DNA of 63,629 nucleotides, filler included. It is 4 parts of 4 records of this genome, joined end to end, with 100 filler letters (N's around TTAATTAATTAA, not from the genome) between each part and the next. Parts side by side here need not be neighbours in the genome. Positions count along the whole stretch, not along the records: positions 1 to 26,270 come from SRR20825019_383; 3 more parts are not named here. One strand, written 5' to 3'. The notes beneath the pieces were generated by a model, which was not told where the DNA came from, did no database searches, and worked only from the letters and a program-made list of their open reading frames with translations. A program made the position numbers and the translations under genes. Below, piece by piece: positions 1-10,227 of the stretch; within the stretch, counting starts at the first letter, position 1, and each line of letters starts with the position of its first letter.

Positions 1-1347
1 CGATTCCGATTTTCGGGCCGATGCGCTAGCGATGACCTCGGTGCTGAAACCTTCGGGCAGCGGGTCGGGGCGCGATATGGAAATATCCGTCATTTCGAGC
101 CCGTCTACATTATGTGCGAAAACACCTGGAATGCCATTCGGGTAGTCGATAAGCCCGATCACCCGGCCATCTGCGCCTTTGCGCCATGCATTCATCCGGC
201 CGCCTGCATCGGGAGCGGGGGCAAGGTCGGCAGGTGTCGGGCGCAGGTCATAGGCTCGTGCCGATCCGTAAATTCCGGGTTTTTGGCTGATGTCGATATC
301 GTTCATCCGGATATCTTCAATGCCACCTGCGTGTTCTGCATAGAGATTGATGGCCCCTTCCGTGGAGCCGGAAATGCCTTCCACGACAACACCTGAAACC
401 GCGCCCGCCCGGCGCTCATCCGGTCTGCGGTCGACAACATTGATGGTCAGCCCCTCACCGGATCCCCAGAACCCGTCCGGCGTTTCGTGGCAGTCCAGCT
501 TGATATTGGAAAACCGGACATCTCTAACCGTTCCACCGTCGCGCGAGAAAATGCCCAGGCCGCGATTGGAGTCGATGATTTCACAATTTTCAAACACCAG
601 GTCTTTGAAGTCTGCAAAGGATTCAGTTCCGACCTTCAATGCGCAGGAGCGGCTGAGGATGCGGCAGTCTGCAATCCGCACACGCTCGCAGGTTCCGGCG
701 AAGCTGCCGTCATCGCGGACGGAGGTTTTCAGAACGATGCCGTCATCGGCTGTGCGGATATCGCAATGGGTGATCGTCACATCCCGGCAACCGTCAATGA
801 CAATACCGTCCGTGTTCGGCATCCGGCGGTCATTGTCGACATGAACATTATCAATGGAAATATTGGTGCAATTGACGAAATGAAGTGTCCACATAGGGGA
901 ATGGGCGACAGAGATACCCGAAAGCGTGATCCGGTCACACCCGTCAAACACCAGAACGCGCGGTCTCCGCTTCGCCGGTATGCGGGTTCCCATCACCATG
1001 TCATCTCCAGTGGCAAAGGCCATATGGTCGCAGGCAATCCGTCCCTTTCCGGTGAGTGCAATCCGTGCCGCATTCGCTGCAACGAGCATCGCCCTGTTGC
1101 TGTCTTCCGCGACAACGGCAACGGATGTATGCACATAAGCCTCATAGGCGGGAATAAAGCAAAGCTCGGAACCTTCCGCCAGATGCAGTTCGACATCCGA
1201 GATCAGTTTCAACCCGCCACTGACATGGCGGCCACGCTCAAGGATAACCCGGACGGGGCCTTCTGCCGCTTTATTGATAGCAGACTGAATACGCGCCGTA
1301 GCCTCGCTTTCCTCTGCCGGAATGCGAATCTCCTCTGGTTTGGACAT
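1..1347 (-). CDS. Glycoside hydrolase family 28 (polygalacturonase-like); 3' end runs off the window
   Basis: Absent from the ORF track because it has no stop in the window. ATG at 1347 preceded by GGAGGG. Manual translation MSKPEEIRIP...SPMWTLH...MPNTDGIVIDGC...RTADDGIVLKT contains the GH28 NTD and DD motifs. Confidence 0.88.
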   Translation of the reverse strand, partial: MSKPEEIRIPAEESEATARIQSAINKAAEGPVRVILERGRHVSGGLKLISDVELHLAEGSELCFIPAYEAYVHTSVAVVAEDSNRAMLVAANAARIALTGKGRIACDHMAFATGDDMVMGTRIPAKRRPRVLVFDGCDRITLSGISVAHSPMWTLHFVNCTNISIDNVHVDNDRRMPNTDGIVIDGCRDVTITHCDIRTADDGIVLKTSVRDDGSFAGTCERVRIADCRILSRSCALKVGTESFADFKDLVFENCEIIDSNRGLGIFSRDGGTVRDVRFSNIKLDCHETPDGFWGSGEGLTINVVDRRPDERRAGAVSGVVVEGISGSTEGAINLYAEHAGGIEDIRMNDIDISQKPGIYGSARAYDLRPTPADLAPAPDAGGRMNAWRKGADGRVIGLIDYPNGIPGVFAHNVDGLEMTDISISRPDPLPEGFSTEVIASASARKSES

Positions 1348-1531
1348 TTTCCCTCCACCCATAAAAAAAATTTTATGATTTTCATGAAACGACGTGACAA
1401 CGTGTTTCTTCCCTAGACCGATGTCACTTAATTTGCGATAATTTTAACAAATATCCATCACTGTCAAGAGTTTCATTTTTCGTTTTAGAAATTGAAAAAA
1501 TTGCATGATTTCTAGTGATGGAGCCTGTTTA

Positions 1532-4500
1532 ATGGAGGATAAGCTGGCGGATCTTTCAAAACTCGCTCACCTTGTTGAGGTGCTGGGCGCTCATATTTTC
1601 ACCAAAACCGAATTCATGGTGGCTTTGCGGTTTGCGCAGGGCGCACCTGAGCAGCGCGACCAGATGCTTTCCGGGCCGCAGGGTGACTGGGATGTGGTTA
1701 CAGCCGATACCGTCTGGGGAGAGCCACAAAGCTATTTCTGGTTTTCAGGCGAAGCCGTTATTCCCGAGGCCTTAGATGGAGCACGTGTCTATCTTGGCGT
1801 GGAGGCCATGTTCGGTCGCGTCATGGGCCGCTCCGATCCGCAATGTCTGGTGCGGATCAATGGTGAGATCGCCCATGCGGCTGACTACAATCACCGCGAG
1901 ATCTTGCTGACCGACAAGGCGCGGGCGGGCGAAACTTTCGATATCATGGTCGAAGTGGGCACAATTGAGGATCGGCGGCAGCTCGGATTTGCCTGCCGTC
2001 TGGTGGTGCATGACATACAGGCGGAGGCGCTCTACTATGATTTGCGGGCTCCGCTTGATGTTGCAAAACACCTCGATGAAAACGATCACCGCCGGGACTT
2101 CATTTTAAACACCGTTGAAGAGGCGATAAATACCGTTGACATGCGGCCGGACGACGGGGCTCGCTTTGCAGCAAGTCTGGAGGCTGCGCGTGCGATCGCC
2201 GGGCGGATTTATGCCGCAGAAGACACGCAGATCAAGCCGCATATCACGGTGACCGGTCATACCCATATTGATGTTGCCTGGCTCTGGCGTATCCGCGAAA
2301 CGCGGCAGAAGATGGCGCGCTCCATGGCGACCGCCCTCCATTTGATGGAGGAGTATCCGGAATACCGCTTCATGTATAACCAGGGCCTGCTGCTGGATTA
2401 TCTTGAGCAGGATTATCCGGGGCTTTTCGGCAGGATCAAGGAGCGGCAGGAGGCTGGACAGTTTGAAATTGAAGGTGCGCTGTGGCTGGAACCTGACGCC
2501 AATATCACGGGCGGTGAATCGCTGGTGCGCCATGTGCTGCGCGGTGTGCGCTATCACGGTGAAAAATTCGGCGTGCGCCCACATGTGTTGTGGCTGCCGG
2601 ACACGTTTGGTTATAGCGCCGCATTTCCACAGATCATGAAGCTGTCGGGGCTTTCGGTTTTCGTGACACATAAAATGTCATGGAACGATACCAATCGATT
2701 CCCGAACGAGACCTTCTTTTGGCAGGGCATCGACGGCACCAGGGCGCCCACTTATTTTCTGACCACGCAGCCAATGGAGAGCACATCGATTGGCACGACC
2801 TATTGCCCGGACCTGAAAGCCAGTCAGGTGATGGGCACCTGGCGGCGCTATGCCCAGAAAGCCACCAGTGATGAGCTGTTTCTGGTTTATGGCTTTGGCG
2901 ATGGCGGCGGCGGGCCAACGCGCGAAATGCTGGAGCATATCCGTCGGATGCAGCGCGGTATTCCGGGATGCCCGCGCGTTGAACAGGGCTTCATGGGGCC
3001 GTTTCTGGAACGCATGGTTGGCCGCATGGAAAAAAGCCCCGGCGATTATCCAACATGGGTTGGCGAACTCTACCTGGAGTTCCATCGCGGCACGTTCACC
3101 TCGGTCGCCAAGGTCAAGCGCAATAATCGCAAGGCCGAGGCAATGCTGCGCGAGCTTGAAGCGCTGGCTTCGCTGGTGTGGATGCGGGCGGGTGAACCGT
3201 ACCCGACACGGGAGCTGGCTGAACTCTGGGATCTTGCGCTTCTCAATCAGTTTCATGACATTCTGCCGGGGTCATCCATCGGTCTGGTCTTTGATGACAG
3301 CGACAGGGACTATGCCGCCTTCTTTGAAGGTGCAGAAAACCTGCGGCGAAAGCTTGCTGGCGCGCTGGCCGGTGATGGTGAGATGCTGGTTGTCAACCCG
3401 TTCGGATATGCGCGCGGGGGACTGGTAACGGTTCAGTCCGAAGCGGCGTTGACGATTTCGGGCAAGCCTTCGCAAACCGTTTTCAGCGCTGATGGTCAGC
3501 AGGCTGAGGCGGTGCCACTGGACCCGGTTCCGGCCCTCGGTGCGGTTCGGATCAGCCTTGAACCGGCCGCCGCTGCATCAGGTGGCTGCGACCTGCAGGT
3601 CGCCGTCAACCGGCTTGAAAATCGCAGTATCCGGGCTGAGTTCGACCAAAACGGACGGCTGATATCTGTGTTTGACAAGAAAACCGAGCGCGAATGCCTG
3701 CGTGACGGTGCGCTCGGCAACCGAATTCAGGCCTATCGCGATCTGCCAGCACAATTCGATGCCTGGGATATCGACAGCAATTACGAGGATCAGGTGTGGG
3801 AAATTGACGCGCTGGTTTCAGCCGAAGTGGTTGAAACCGGCCCCTATCGTGCGGCAATCCGGTTTGAATGGGCTTACGAGGCGTCGCGTATCATTCAGCT
3901 TGTCTCACTGGAAGACGGGAGCGGTATTCTCGAATTTGACACTTTCATTGACTGGCATGAGAAGAACACACTGGTGAAGACGGCTTTTCCGTTATCGGTT
4001 CGCACGACGCAATCACAAGCGGAAATTCAGTTCGGACATGTGTCACGCCCAACGCACACCAATACAAGCTGGGATCAGGCGCGATTTGAAGCGCCGATGC
4101 AGCGCTGGGTGGAGCTTTCCGAGCCGGGCTTTGGCGTTGCCTTCTTCAATGACTGCAAATATGGCTACGACGCCAGGGACACGACATTGCGACTGACGCT
4201 CCTGCGCTCGCCGACTTATCCATGGCCGCAAGCCGATCAGGGAGAGCACCGGTTCCGTTATGGTGTGATGGTGCATCACGGCCTTGCCGAAACGGGCGTT
4301 TCTGCAAAGGCCGAGGCTTTCAATCACCCGCTCACGCTGATTGCCGGCTCGGGTGCCACAAAGAACGCAGATATTGCCTCGCTTGTGGCACCGGAAAGCG
4401 CTTCCATTGTTGTTGAGGCGGTCAAGCGTGCCGAAGACAGCGATGATCTGATTGTCCGGCTTTGGGAGCGCGATGGCGCGCAGCAGTCGATACGGATTAT

Positions 4501-4648
4501 GCTTTCACCGGAGTTTGTTGCGGCAGCGGAGACTGATCTTCTGGAGGGCAATGCCAGGTCGCTTGAGATCGAGGACAATGCCGTAGCACTCAGCTTCACG
4601 CCGTTTGAGATCAAGACCTTGAAGCTTCGAAAGGTGGGATCGGTATGA
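1532..4648 (+). CDS. Alpha-mannosidase, GH38
   Basis: GHTHIDVAWLW, WLPDTFGY, GELYLEFHRGT, NQFHDILPGS and WDQARFE motifs. Start placed at ATG 1532 after GGAG. Confidence 0.95.
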   Translation: MEDKLADLSKLAHLVEVLGAHIFTKTEFMVALRFAQGAPEQRDQMLSGPQGDWDVVTADTVWGEPQSYFWFSGEAVIPEALDGARVYLGVEAMFGRVMGRSDPQCLVRINGEIAHAADYNHREILLTDKARAGETFDIMVEVGTIEDRRQLGFACRLVVHDIQAEALYYDLRAPLDVAKHLDENDHRRDFILNTVEEAINTVDMRPDDGARFAASLEAARAIAGRIYAAEDTQIKPHITVTGHTHIDVAWLWRIRETRQKMARSMATALHLMEEYPEYRFMYNQGLLLDYLEQDYPGLFGRIKERQEAGQFEIEGALWLEPDANITGGESLVRHVLRGVRYHGEKFGVRPHVLWLPDTFGYSAAFPQIMKLSGLSVFVTHKMSWNDTNRFPNETFFWQGIDGTRAPTYFLTTQPMESTSIGTTYCPDLKASQVMGTWRRYAQKATSDELFLVYGFGDGGGGPTREMLEHIRRMQRGIPGCPRVEQGFMGPFLERMVGRMEKSPGDYPTWVGELYLEFHRGTFTSVAKVKRNNRKAEAMLRELEALASLVWMRAGEPYPTRELAELWDLALLNQFHDILPGSSIGLVFDDSDRDYAAFFEGAENLRRKLAGALAGDGEMLVVNPFGYARGGLVTVQSEAALTISGKPSQTVFSADGQQAEAVPLDPVPALGAVRISLEPAAAASGGCDLQVAVNRLENRSIRAEFDQNGRLISVFDKKTERECLRDGALGNRIQAYRDLPAQFDAWDIDSNYEDQVWEIDALVSAEVVETGPYRAAIRFEWAYEASRIIQLVSLEDGSGILEFDTFIDWHEKNTLVKTAFPLSVRTTQSQAEIQFGHVSRPTHTNTSWDQARFEAPMQRWVELSEPGFGVAFFNDCKYGYDARDTTLRLTLLRSPTYPWPQADQGEHRFRYGVMVHHGLAETGVSAKAEAFNHPLTLIAGSGATKNADIASLVAPESASIVVEAVKRAEDSDDLIVRLWERDGAQQSIRIMLSPEFVAAAETDLLEGNARSLEIEDNAVALSFTPFEIKTLKLRKVGSV

Positions 4649-4726
4649 AACAGGTCACGCCACCGACTATCGCGTTTCCCGTGCTCTCCCGGGCGGAACC
4701 CGATGTAGACAGGGGAGGGGCATACT

Positions 4727-5800
4727 ATGGTTAAACGCACCGGAAAGATGGGTGAAGCCCCAAAAGTGGGTATGCGCGAAGTATCCGCTCGCGCAGGCGT
4801 GGCGATTTCAACTGTCTCGCACGTGCTGAATGGTACAGCGCCGATTTCGGAAGATGTGCGCAACCGCGTTCTTGATGCGGCCCGTGAGCTTGGCTATCTG
4901 GCACGGCGCACGGCCAAAGCGTCGATCGCATCCCTGAACAAGGTTTTGCTGGCAGTGCCGGAGGATGCCTTGTCGGACAGCGACGTCAATCTGGTATCGT
5001 GGACGATCCTCAATGCCTTAAGCCGGGACTGCGAGGCCCGCGGTATCAGGATCGTGCCCCATACGCTGACGCTTGATGATCCGATAGAGGCATTGACCGC
5101 AGCCGCTCGCGAGGTCAATGCGGATGGTATCATTCTGATCAACGATGATCGCGTTGCCGTTCTGGATGCTATCCGGCAGTCCGGTATTCCATCGGTTCTG
5201 ATCAACGGCGAAGACCCGGAGATGCATATCGACAGTGTGACGCCCGGCAATCGTTTTGCTGCGCTGAAGGCGACAAAACGGCTTCTTGGGCTCGGTCACA
5301 AGAAACTTGTTCACGTTACCTGGCGTGGTCGCAAGACTGTTGGCCGCAGGCTGGATGGTTTTCTCGATGCGTTCGATGAAGGTGGGCTGCCGCGCGACAA
5401 TGCCATCATCGTCACCGCAGAAGGCTTTGAGCCGCAACATGGCGAGTCGGCAATGGATGCCTGGATTGCCGAACATCCCGACCTTGACGGAGCAACCGCC
5501 ATTTTTTGCGCGGCAGACAATCTTGCTTTTGGTGCCGTGCGGGCGCTGAAACGGGCGGGGTTCCGGATTCCGGACGATGTCTCCGTCATGGGCTTTGACG
5601 GTGTGGCGCTTGGAGAGCTGCATATGCCACCGCTGACAACCGTTTCCATTCCACTCGATCAGTTTGGGAAAGCCGCGCTGAACCTTCTGGAAGAGCGGGC
5701 GAAGAATGGTTCGAGCGTGCGGGCGGCACACAGGTTGGAACTTGGTTGCGATCTTGTCGAGCGGGAAAGTGTGGCGGGCGTGCAGGTGAGAACACGCTGA
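4727..5800 (+). CDS. LacI-family transcriptional regulator
   Basis: HTH REVSARAGVAISTVSHVLN and C-terminal IPDDVSVMGFDG...PPLTTV. Confidence 0.95.
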   Translation: MVKRTGKMGEAPKVGMREVSARAGVAISTVSHVLNGTAPISEDVRNRVLDAARELGYLARRTAKASIASLNKVLLAVPEDALSDSDVNLVSWTILNALSRDCEARGIRIVPHTLTLDDPIEALTAAAREVNADGIILINDDRVAVLDAIRQSGIPSVLINGEDPEMHIDSVTPGNRFAALKATKRLLGLGHKKLVHVTWRGRKTVGRRLDGFLDAFDEGGLPRDNAIIVTAEGFEPQHGESAMDAWIAEHPDLDGATAIFCAADNLAFGAVRALKRAGFRIPDDVSVMGFDGVALGELHMPPLTTVSIPLDQFGKAALNLLEERAKNGSSVRAAHRLELGCDLVERESVAGVQVRTR

Positions 5801-5991
5801 TATGATGTGCGATTAATTTTATGCAAAAAATTTCATTAATACTTGCAGTAGATTGGCTTCGAAATTGATGAAATAGAATTTTTATGTTGATTTTTATGAA
5901 AAATCATCCAAAAATATTATTTAAGCATATGATATACCGTTATTGAGGGAAGTTCGGACCTCGATAAACAGCACTCACTGGGAGGGGAGTA

Positions 5992-7950
5992 ATGCAAAAA
6001 ATTTTATATTCTGAATCCTGTTCGATGATCCGTCGACCTGGAAAGCGGGCGTTGACCACCACTCTGGCGGCCACACTTCTGGCAACCGTGGCGTTCTCGG
6101 GCTCGGCCCTGGCCTTTCAGGAGGCGCCGATGCTGACCAAAGAGGTTGATGCGGGCGCACTGCCGCCGGTCGATCAGCGTCTGCCAGCCAATCCGATGGT
6201 GGTCGACGCTGTTGAAGTCGGTCAGTATGGCGGTGTTTGGCATCGCGCCTATCGTGGTCCCGGTGACCGTTGGGGGCCGACCAAGCTGATGGAAGAGCGT
6301 GTGGTCAAATACGCGCCCGACGCCGAAGGCAATATTTCGCTCGTCCCGGCCTATATCGAAAGCTACTCGGTGAATGAAGATTCCACTGCATTCACGTTTA
6401 CGCTGCTTGAAGGTTTGAAGTGGTCTGACGGTGAGCCGGTCACGACTGAAGACGTTGAATTCTGGTACAAGGATGTGTTTCTCAACAAGGCGTTGAACCC
6501 AACGGTTGACCCGACCTTCTCGCCAGGTGGTGTTCCAATGGAGCTTACGGTGAAAGATGACCGTACCTTCACGGTGAGTTTCGCCCAGCCTTATGTTTAT
6601 TTTCTGAACATTCTGGCCAAGGATTCAACCGGTGAGCCAAGCCTCGACCGCCCGTCTTTCCTGTTTCCCAAGCATTATCTGTCCAGGTTCAACGATCATT
6701 ATGCCAGTGCCGAAGAACTGGCCAAGGAAGCCGAGGCGCATGGCGTTCAGCGCTGGAGTGATCTCTGGGGGTCAAAAGGCCCGATTACATCGTGGTGGCA
6801 GAACCCGGAGCTTCCTGTCATCACGGCCTGGAAGATTGAAACACCCGCGCCGGGCAACGTCGTGACCATGGTGCGTAATCCATATTACTGGGCCGTTGAT
6901 CAGGCGGGCAACCAGCTTCCCTATATCGACCGGATTGAACATCGCCTGTTTGATGCGGCTGACTCCTTCAATCTGATGATTGTCCAGGGGCAGATTGACA
7001 TGCAGATGCGCTACGTCAATGCCAGCGATTTCACGTTCTACAAAGAGAACGAGCAGAAGGGCGACTATCAGGTCGCCACCTGGAAATCGGCAAATGTCTG
7101 GTCATTTGTACCCAATTTGAATGTCAAGGATCCCGTCCTGCACGAGCTTTTCGCCAATCAGGATTTTCGTCACGCACTTTCGGTCGGTATTGATCGGGAA
7201 ACCATCAATGAACTTGGTTTTGCCGGGCTTGGTGAGCCCCGTTCAGTCTCGCCCATTTCCGGATCGCCGTATTTCAATGCCGAGTGGGAAACGCATTGGG
7301 CTGAGTATGATCCGGATCTTGCCGACGAGCTTCTCGACAAAGTCGGCCTGACGGAGCGCGACGATGATGGTTACAGGCTGCGTTCTGATGGCAAGCGTCT
7401 TCAGATCGTCGTCGAGGCCTATCAGGACTTCGCCTCACCGATTCTCGAAATTGCAGCGGACTTCTACAAGGATATTGGCGTTGAACTTGTGCCGCGTATC
7501 ATCGACCGCACGCAATGGGACGATAACCGCGACAACAACAATTTCGAAATCCAGTATACGCCTGTTGACCGTCTTTCGGTGGTGCCCGCGGACCCACGCA
7601 ATATCATGGGCAATGACAGCTATGCCCAGCAATATTACGTTTGGTACTCCACCGAAGGCGAAAGCGGCATCGAGCCGCCCAAGGACGCTGCGATCCGCAA
7701 AATCTGGGCGGACTGGGACGCAGCCTCAATGGCCGGGACCATCGAAGAAGCCGATGCCGAAATGAACGACATGATCGGTACCTTTGTTGATCAGGGCTAT
7801 GTGATTGGCCTTGTCGGCGAAGTGGCCATTCCTGTGATCGTCAAGAACGATTTCAAGAATGTGCGCAGCGGGCTCGTCGAAGATGACATCACCCGTGGTG
7901 TCGGTTTCGGTCAGCCGCAACAGTTCTGGATTGATCAGAGCCAGAATTAA
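5992..7950 (+). CDS. ABC transporter substrate-binding protein, family 5 (DppA/OppA-like, probably oligosaccharide-binding)
   Basis: Signal peptide ending ALA-FQ; LPPVDQRLP, GLKWSDGEPVTTEDV, NPYYWAVDQAGNQLPYID; GGAGG upstream. Confidence 0.92.
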   Translation: MQKILYSESCSMIRRPGKRALTTTLAATLLATVAFSGSALAFQEAPMLTKEVDAGALPPVDQRLPANPMVVDAVEVGQYGGVWHRAYRGPGDRWGPTKLMEERVVKYAPDAEGNISLVPAYIESYSVNEDSTAFTFTLLEGLKWSDGEPVTTEDVEFWYKDVFLNKALNPTVDPTFSPGGVPMELTVKDDRTFTVSFAQPYVYFLNILAKDSTGEPSLDRPSFLFPKHYLSRFNDHYASAEELAKEAEAHGVQRWSDLWGSKGPITSWWQNPELPVITAWKIETPAPGNVVTMVRNPYYWAVDQAGNQLPYIDRIEHRLFDAADSFNLMIVQGQIDMQMRYVNASDFTFYKENEQKGDYQVATWKSANVWSFVPNLNVKDPVLHELFANQDFRHALSVGIDRETINELGFAGLGEPRSVSPISGSPYFNAEWETHWAEYDPDLADELLDKVGLTERDDDGYRLRSDGKRLQIVVEAYQDFASPILEIAADFYKDIGVELVPRIIDRTQWDDNRDNNNFEIQYTPVDRLSVVPADPRNIMGNDSYAQQYYVWYSTEGESGIEPPKDAAIRKIWADWDAASMAGTIEEADAEMNDMIGTFVDQGYVIGLVGEVAIPVIVKNDFKNVRSGLVEDDITRGVGFGQPQQFWIDQSQN

Positions 7951-7972
7951 GCCTCCCTGACAACGAAGGAAT

Positions 7973-8003
7973 GCGGGTTTGCGACAATATTTCGTAAACC
8001 CGC
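7973..8003 (+). other. Intergenic stem-loop after the SBP gene (mRNA stabiliser or partial terminator)
   Basis: GCGGGTTTGCGA-N7-TCGTAAACCCGC inverted repeat with no long U-tract. Confidence 0.55.
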
Positions 8004-8087
8004 CCTTTAACGCAGATCCAGTTGAATCGGGTGCGCGGCGCGTCAAGCGTGCGGAACGTAAACGAACGGGAATGCGGAAAGTAAACG

Positions 8088-9074
8088 ATGGCAAACTTCC
8101 TTTTTCGACGAATTCTGTGGGCGATACCCACTCTGATCGTTGTCTCCTTTATTTCCTTTATCATCATCCAGTTGCCGCCCGGCGACTACGTAACCGCCTA
8201 TGCCGCTGAATTGCGCAACAGTGGTGAATACATCACCGCTGCACAGGAAAACGCAATCCGAACGCAGCTTGGTCTGAATGATCCGATCCTCGTGCAATAT
8301 ATGCGCTGGATGGGGAACATCCTGCTTCACGGCGATTTCGGTCAGTCGTTTCACTGGAATGCACCGGTGTCCGACCTGATCTGGGGCCGTCTCGCGCTGA
8401 CCCTGCTTTTGTCGACCCTGTCGCTTGTGTTTACCTGGATTATTGCCATCCCGATCGGTGTCTATTCGGCACAACGTCAGTATTCGTTCCTCGACTATCT
8501 TTTTACCGTTTTCGGTTTCCTCGGAAAGGGAATTCCTGACTTCCTGCTGGCATTGATCCTGATGTGGATCGGGTTCGCATGGCTGAATATCGATGTTGGC
8601 GGGTTGATTTCACCGCAGTTTGAAGGCGCGCCGCTCAGCCTGGCCAAGGTACTCAATATTCTGAGCCATGTGTGGATCCCGATCGTTGTTCTGGCGACCG
8701 GCGGCGCCGCGGGGCTGATCCGCGTGATGCGTGCCAACATGCTTGATGAACTGGGCAAGCCCTATGTCGAAACCGCTTATGCGCAAGGGCTTTCGGAACG
8801 TCAGGTCGTTTGGGGCTATCCGGTTCGCGTGGCACTCAACCCGTTTATCTCCACCGTTGGCTGGGCATTGCCTGCGCTTTTTTCCGGAGATGTCATCACC
8901 GCCGTGGTTTTGAACCTGCCAACGACCGGTCCGCTGATGCTGCAGGCCCTGAAGATGCAGGACATGTATCTCGCCGGTGCCTTCATTCTGATCCTCAGCG
9001 TGTTCACGGTCATTGGCACCTTGATTTCAGATATTCTGCTTGCGTGGTCCGATCCGCGCATTCGCTACGCGTGA
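8088..9074 (+). CDS. ABC permease, DppB/OppB-like
   Basis: Multiple TM segments; RANMLDELGKPYVETAYAQGL EAA loop; DPRIRY C-terminus. Confidence 0.93.
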   Translation: MANFLFRRILWAIPTLIVVSFISFIIIQLPPGDYVTAYAAELRNSGEYITAAQENAIRTQLGLNDPILVQYMRWMGNILLHGDFGQSFHWNAPVSDLIWGRLALTLLLSTLSLVFTWIIAIPIGVYSAQRQYSFLDYLFTVFGFLGKGIPDFLLALILMWIGFAWLNIDVGGLISPQFEGAPLSLAKVLNILSHVWIPIVVLATGGAAGLIRVMRANMLDELGKPYVETAYAQGLSERQVVWGYPVRVALNPFISTVGWALPALFSGDVITAVVLNLPTTGPLMLQALKMQDMYLAGAFILILSVFTVIGTLISDILLAWSDPRIRYA

Positions 9075-9081
9075 GGCCGAC

Positions 9082-10218
9082 ATGACTTTTGAAAACAACG
9101 TCTATGCCGGCGAAACAGAGCTGGAGAATGACGATCAGAGCCTTTACACGGCCAATTCCCGGCAACTTATGTGGTGGCGGTTTCGCCAGCACCGGCTGGC
9201 GCTGTTCTCGCTGTTCTTTCTGGCGTTTGCCTATCTGGTTGCCATATTCGCCGAAATCGTTGCCCCTTATGCACCAGACTCCATAGAGCGACTTCAGACC
9301 TTCGTGCCTCCGCAAATGGTGCGCGTCATTCACGACGGTGAGTTGAAACGGCCTTTCGTTTATGCCCTGAAGCGAACGCGCGACCCGGAAACGGCGCGGG
9401 TGAGTTATGTAACGGATACCGCTAAGCCGATGCCGATCAAATTTTTCGTGCATGGCGAGCGTTATAAGTTCTGGGGAATCTGGAAGAGCGATCTTCACCT
9501 CTTTGGCGTTGATGAGCGCCGCCAGAAGGTCAACCTCCTCGGTACGGATTCGCTGGGCCGGGATCTGTTTTCCAGGCTCGTTTATGGTGCGCGGGTAACG
9601 CTTTCTGCCGGACTGATCGGGGTTTTCTTCGCCTTTATTCTCGGCCTCTTCTTCGGCTCGATCTCCGGGTATTATGGCGGGCTCGTGGACACCAGCATTC
9701 AGCGGTTCATGGAATTTATTCGCTCCGTACCGACAATCCCGCTTTGGATGGGGCTGGCAGCGGCTCTGCCGATCGCCTGGAATCCACTTTTCGTTTATGT
9801 GCTGATCACCCTCATTCTTGCCCTGATCGGCTGGACTCATCTGGCGCGTGTGGTGCGTGGGCGGTTTCTGTCGCTGAAGTCCGAGGACTATGTGATGGCC
9901 GCGCGACTGGCTGGCGCCACTGAATATCGCGTGATTACCAAGCACATGCTGCCCGCGATGACCTCCTACATCATCGCAGCGATGACGCTTGCGGTCCCCG
10001 AGATGATCCTTGGTGAAACGGCCCTTTCCTTCCTCGGCCTTGGTCTTCGGCCACCGGTCGTCAGTTGGGGTGTTTTACTGCAGGACGCACAGAATCTTCG
10101 CTCCATTTCGCTGGCCCCCTGGCTGCTTGCGCCTGGCTTTGCTGTGGTCGCGGTTGTACTGGCCTTCAATTTTCTGGGTGACGGCCTGCGTGATGCAGCC
10201 GACCCATACGGACAATAG
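9082..10218 (+). CDS. ABC permease, DppC/OppC-like
   Basis: LGTDSLGRDLFSRL, EDYVMAARLAGA, FNFLGDGLRDAADP. Start placed at ATG 9082 after GAGG. Confidence 0.93.
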   Translation: MTFENNVYAGETELENDDQSLYTANSRQLMWWRFRQHRLALFSLFFLAFAYLVAIFAEIVAPYAPDSIERLQTFVPPQMVRVIHDGELKRPFVYALKRTRDPETARVSYVTDTAKPMPIKFFVHGERYKFWGIWKSDLHLFGVDERRQKVNLLGTDSLGRDLFSRLVYGARVTLSAGLIGVFFAFILGLFFGSISGYYGGLVDTSIQRFMEFIRSVPTIPLWMGLAAALPIAWNPLFVYVLITLILALIGWTHLARVVRGRFLSLKSEDYVMAARLAGATEYRVITKHMLPAMTSYIIAAMTLAVPEMILGETALSFLGLGLRPPVVSWGVLLQDAQNLRSISLAPWLLAPGFAVVAVVLAFNFLGDGLRDAADPYGQ

Positions 10219-10227
10219 GTTTGACCC

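Noticed and set aside
487-1416. 309-aa plus-strand ORF
   Set aside because: Antisense shadow of the minus-strand GH28 gene, which has an RBS and catalytic motifs.
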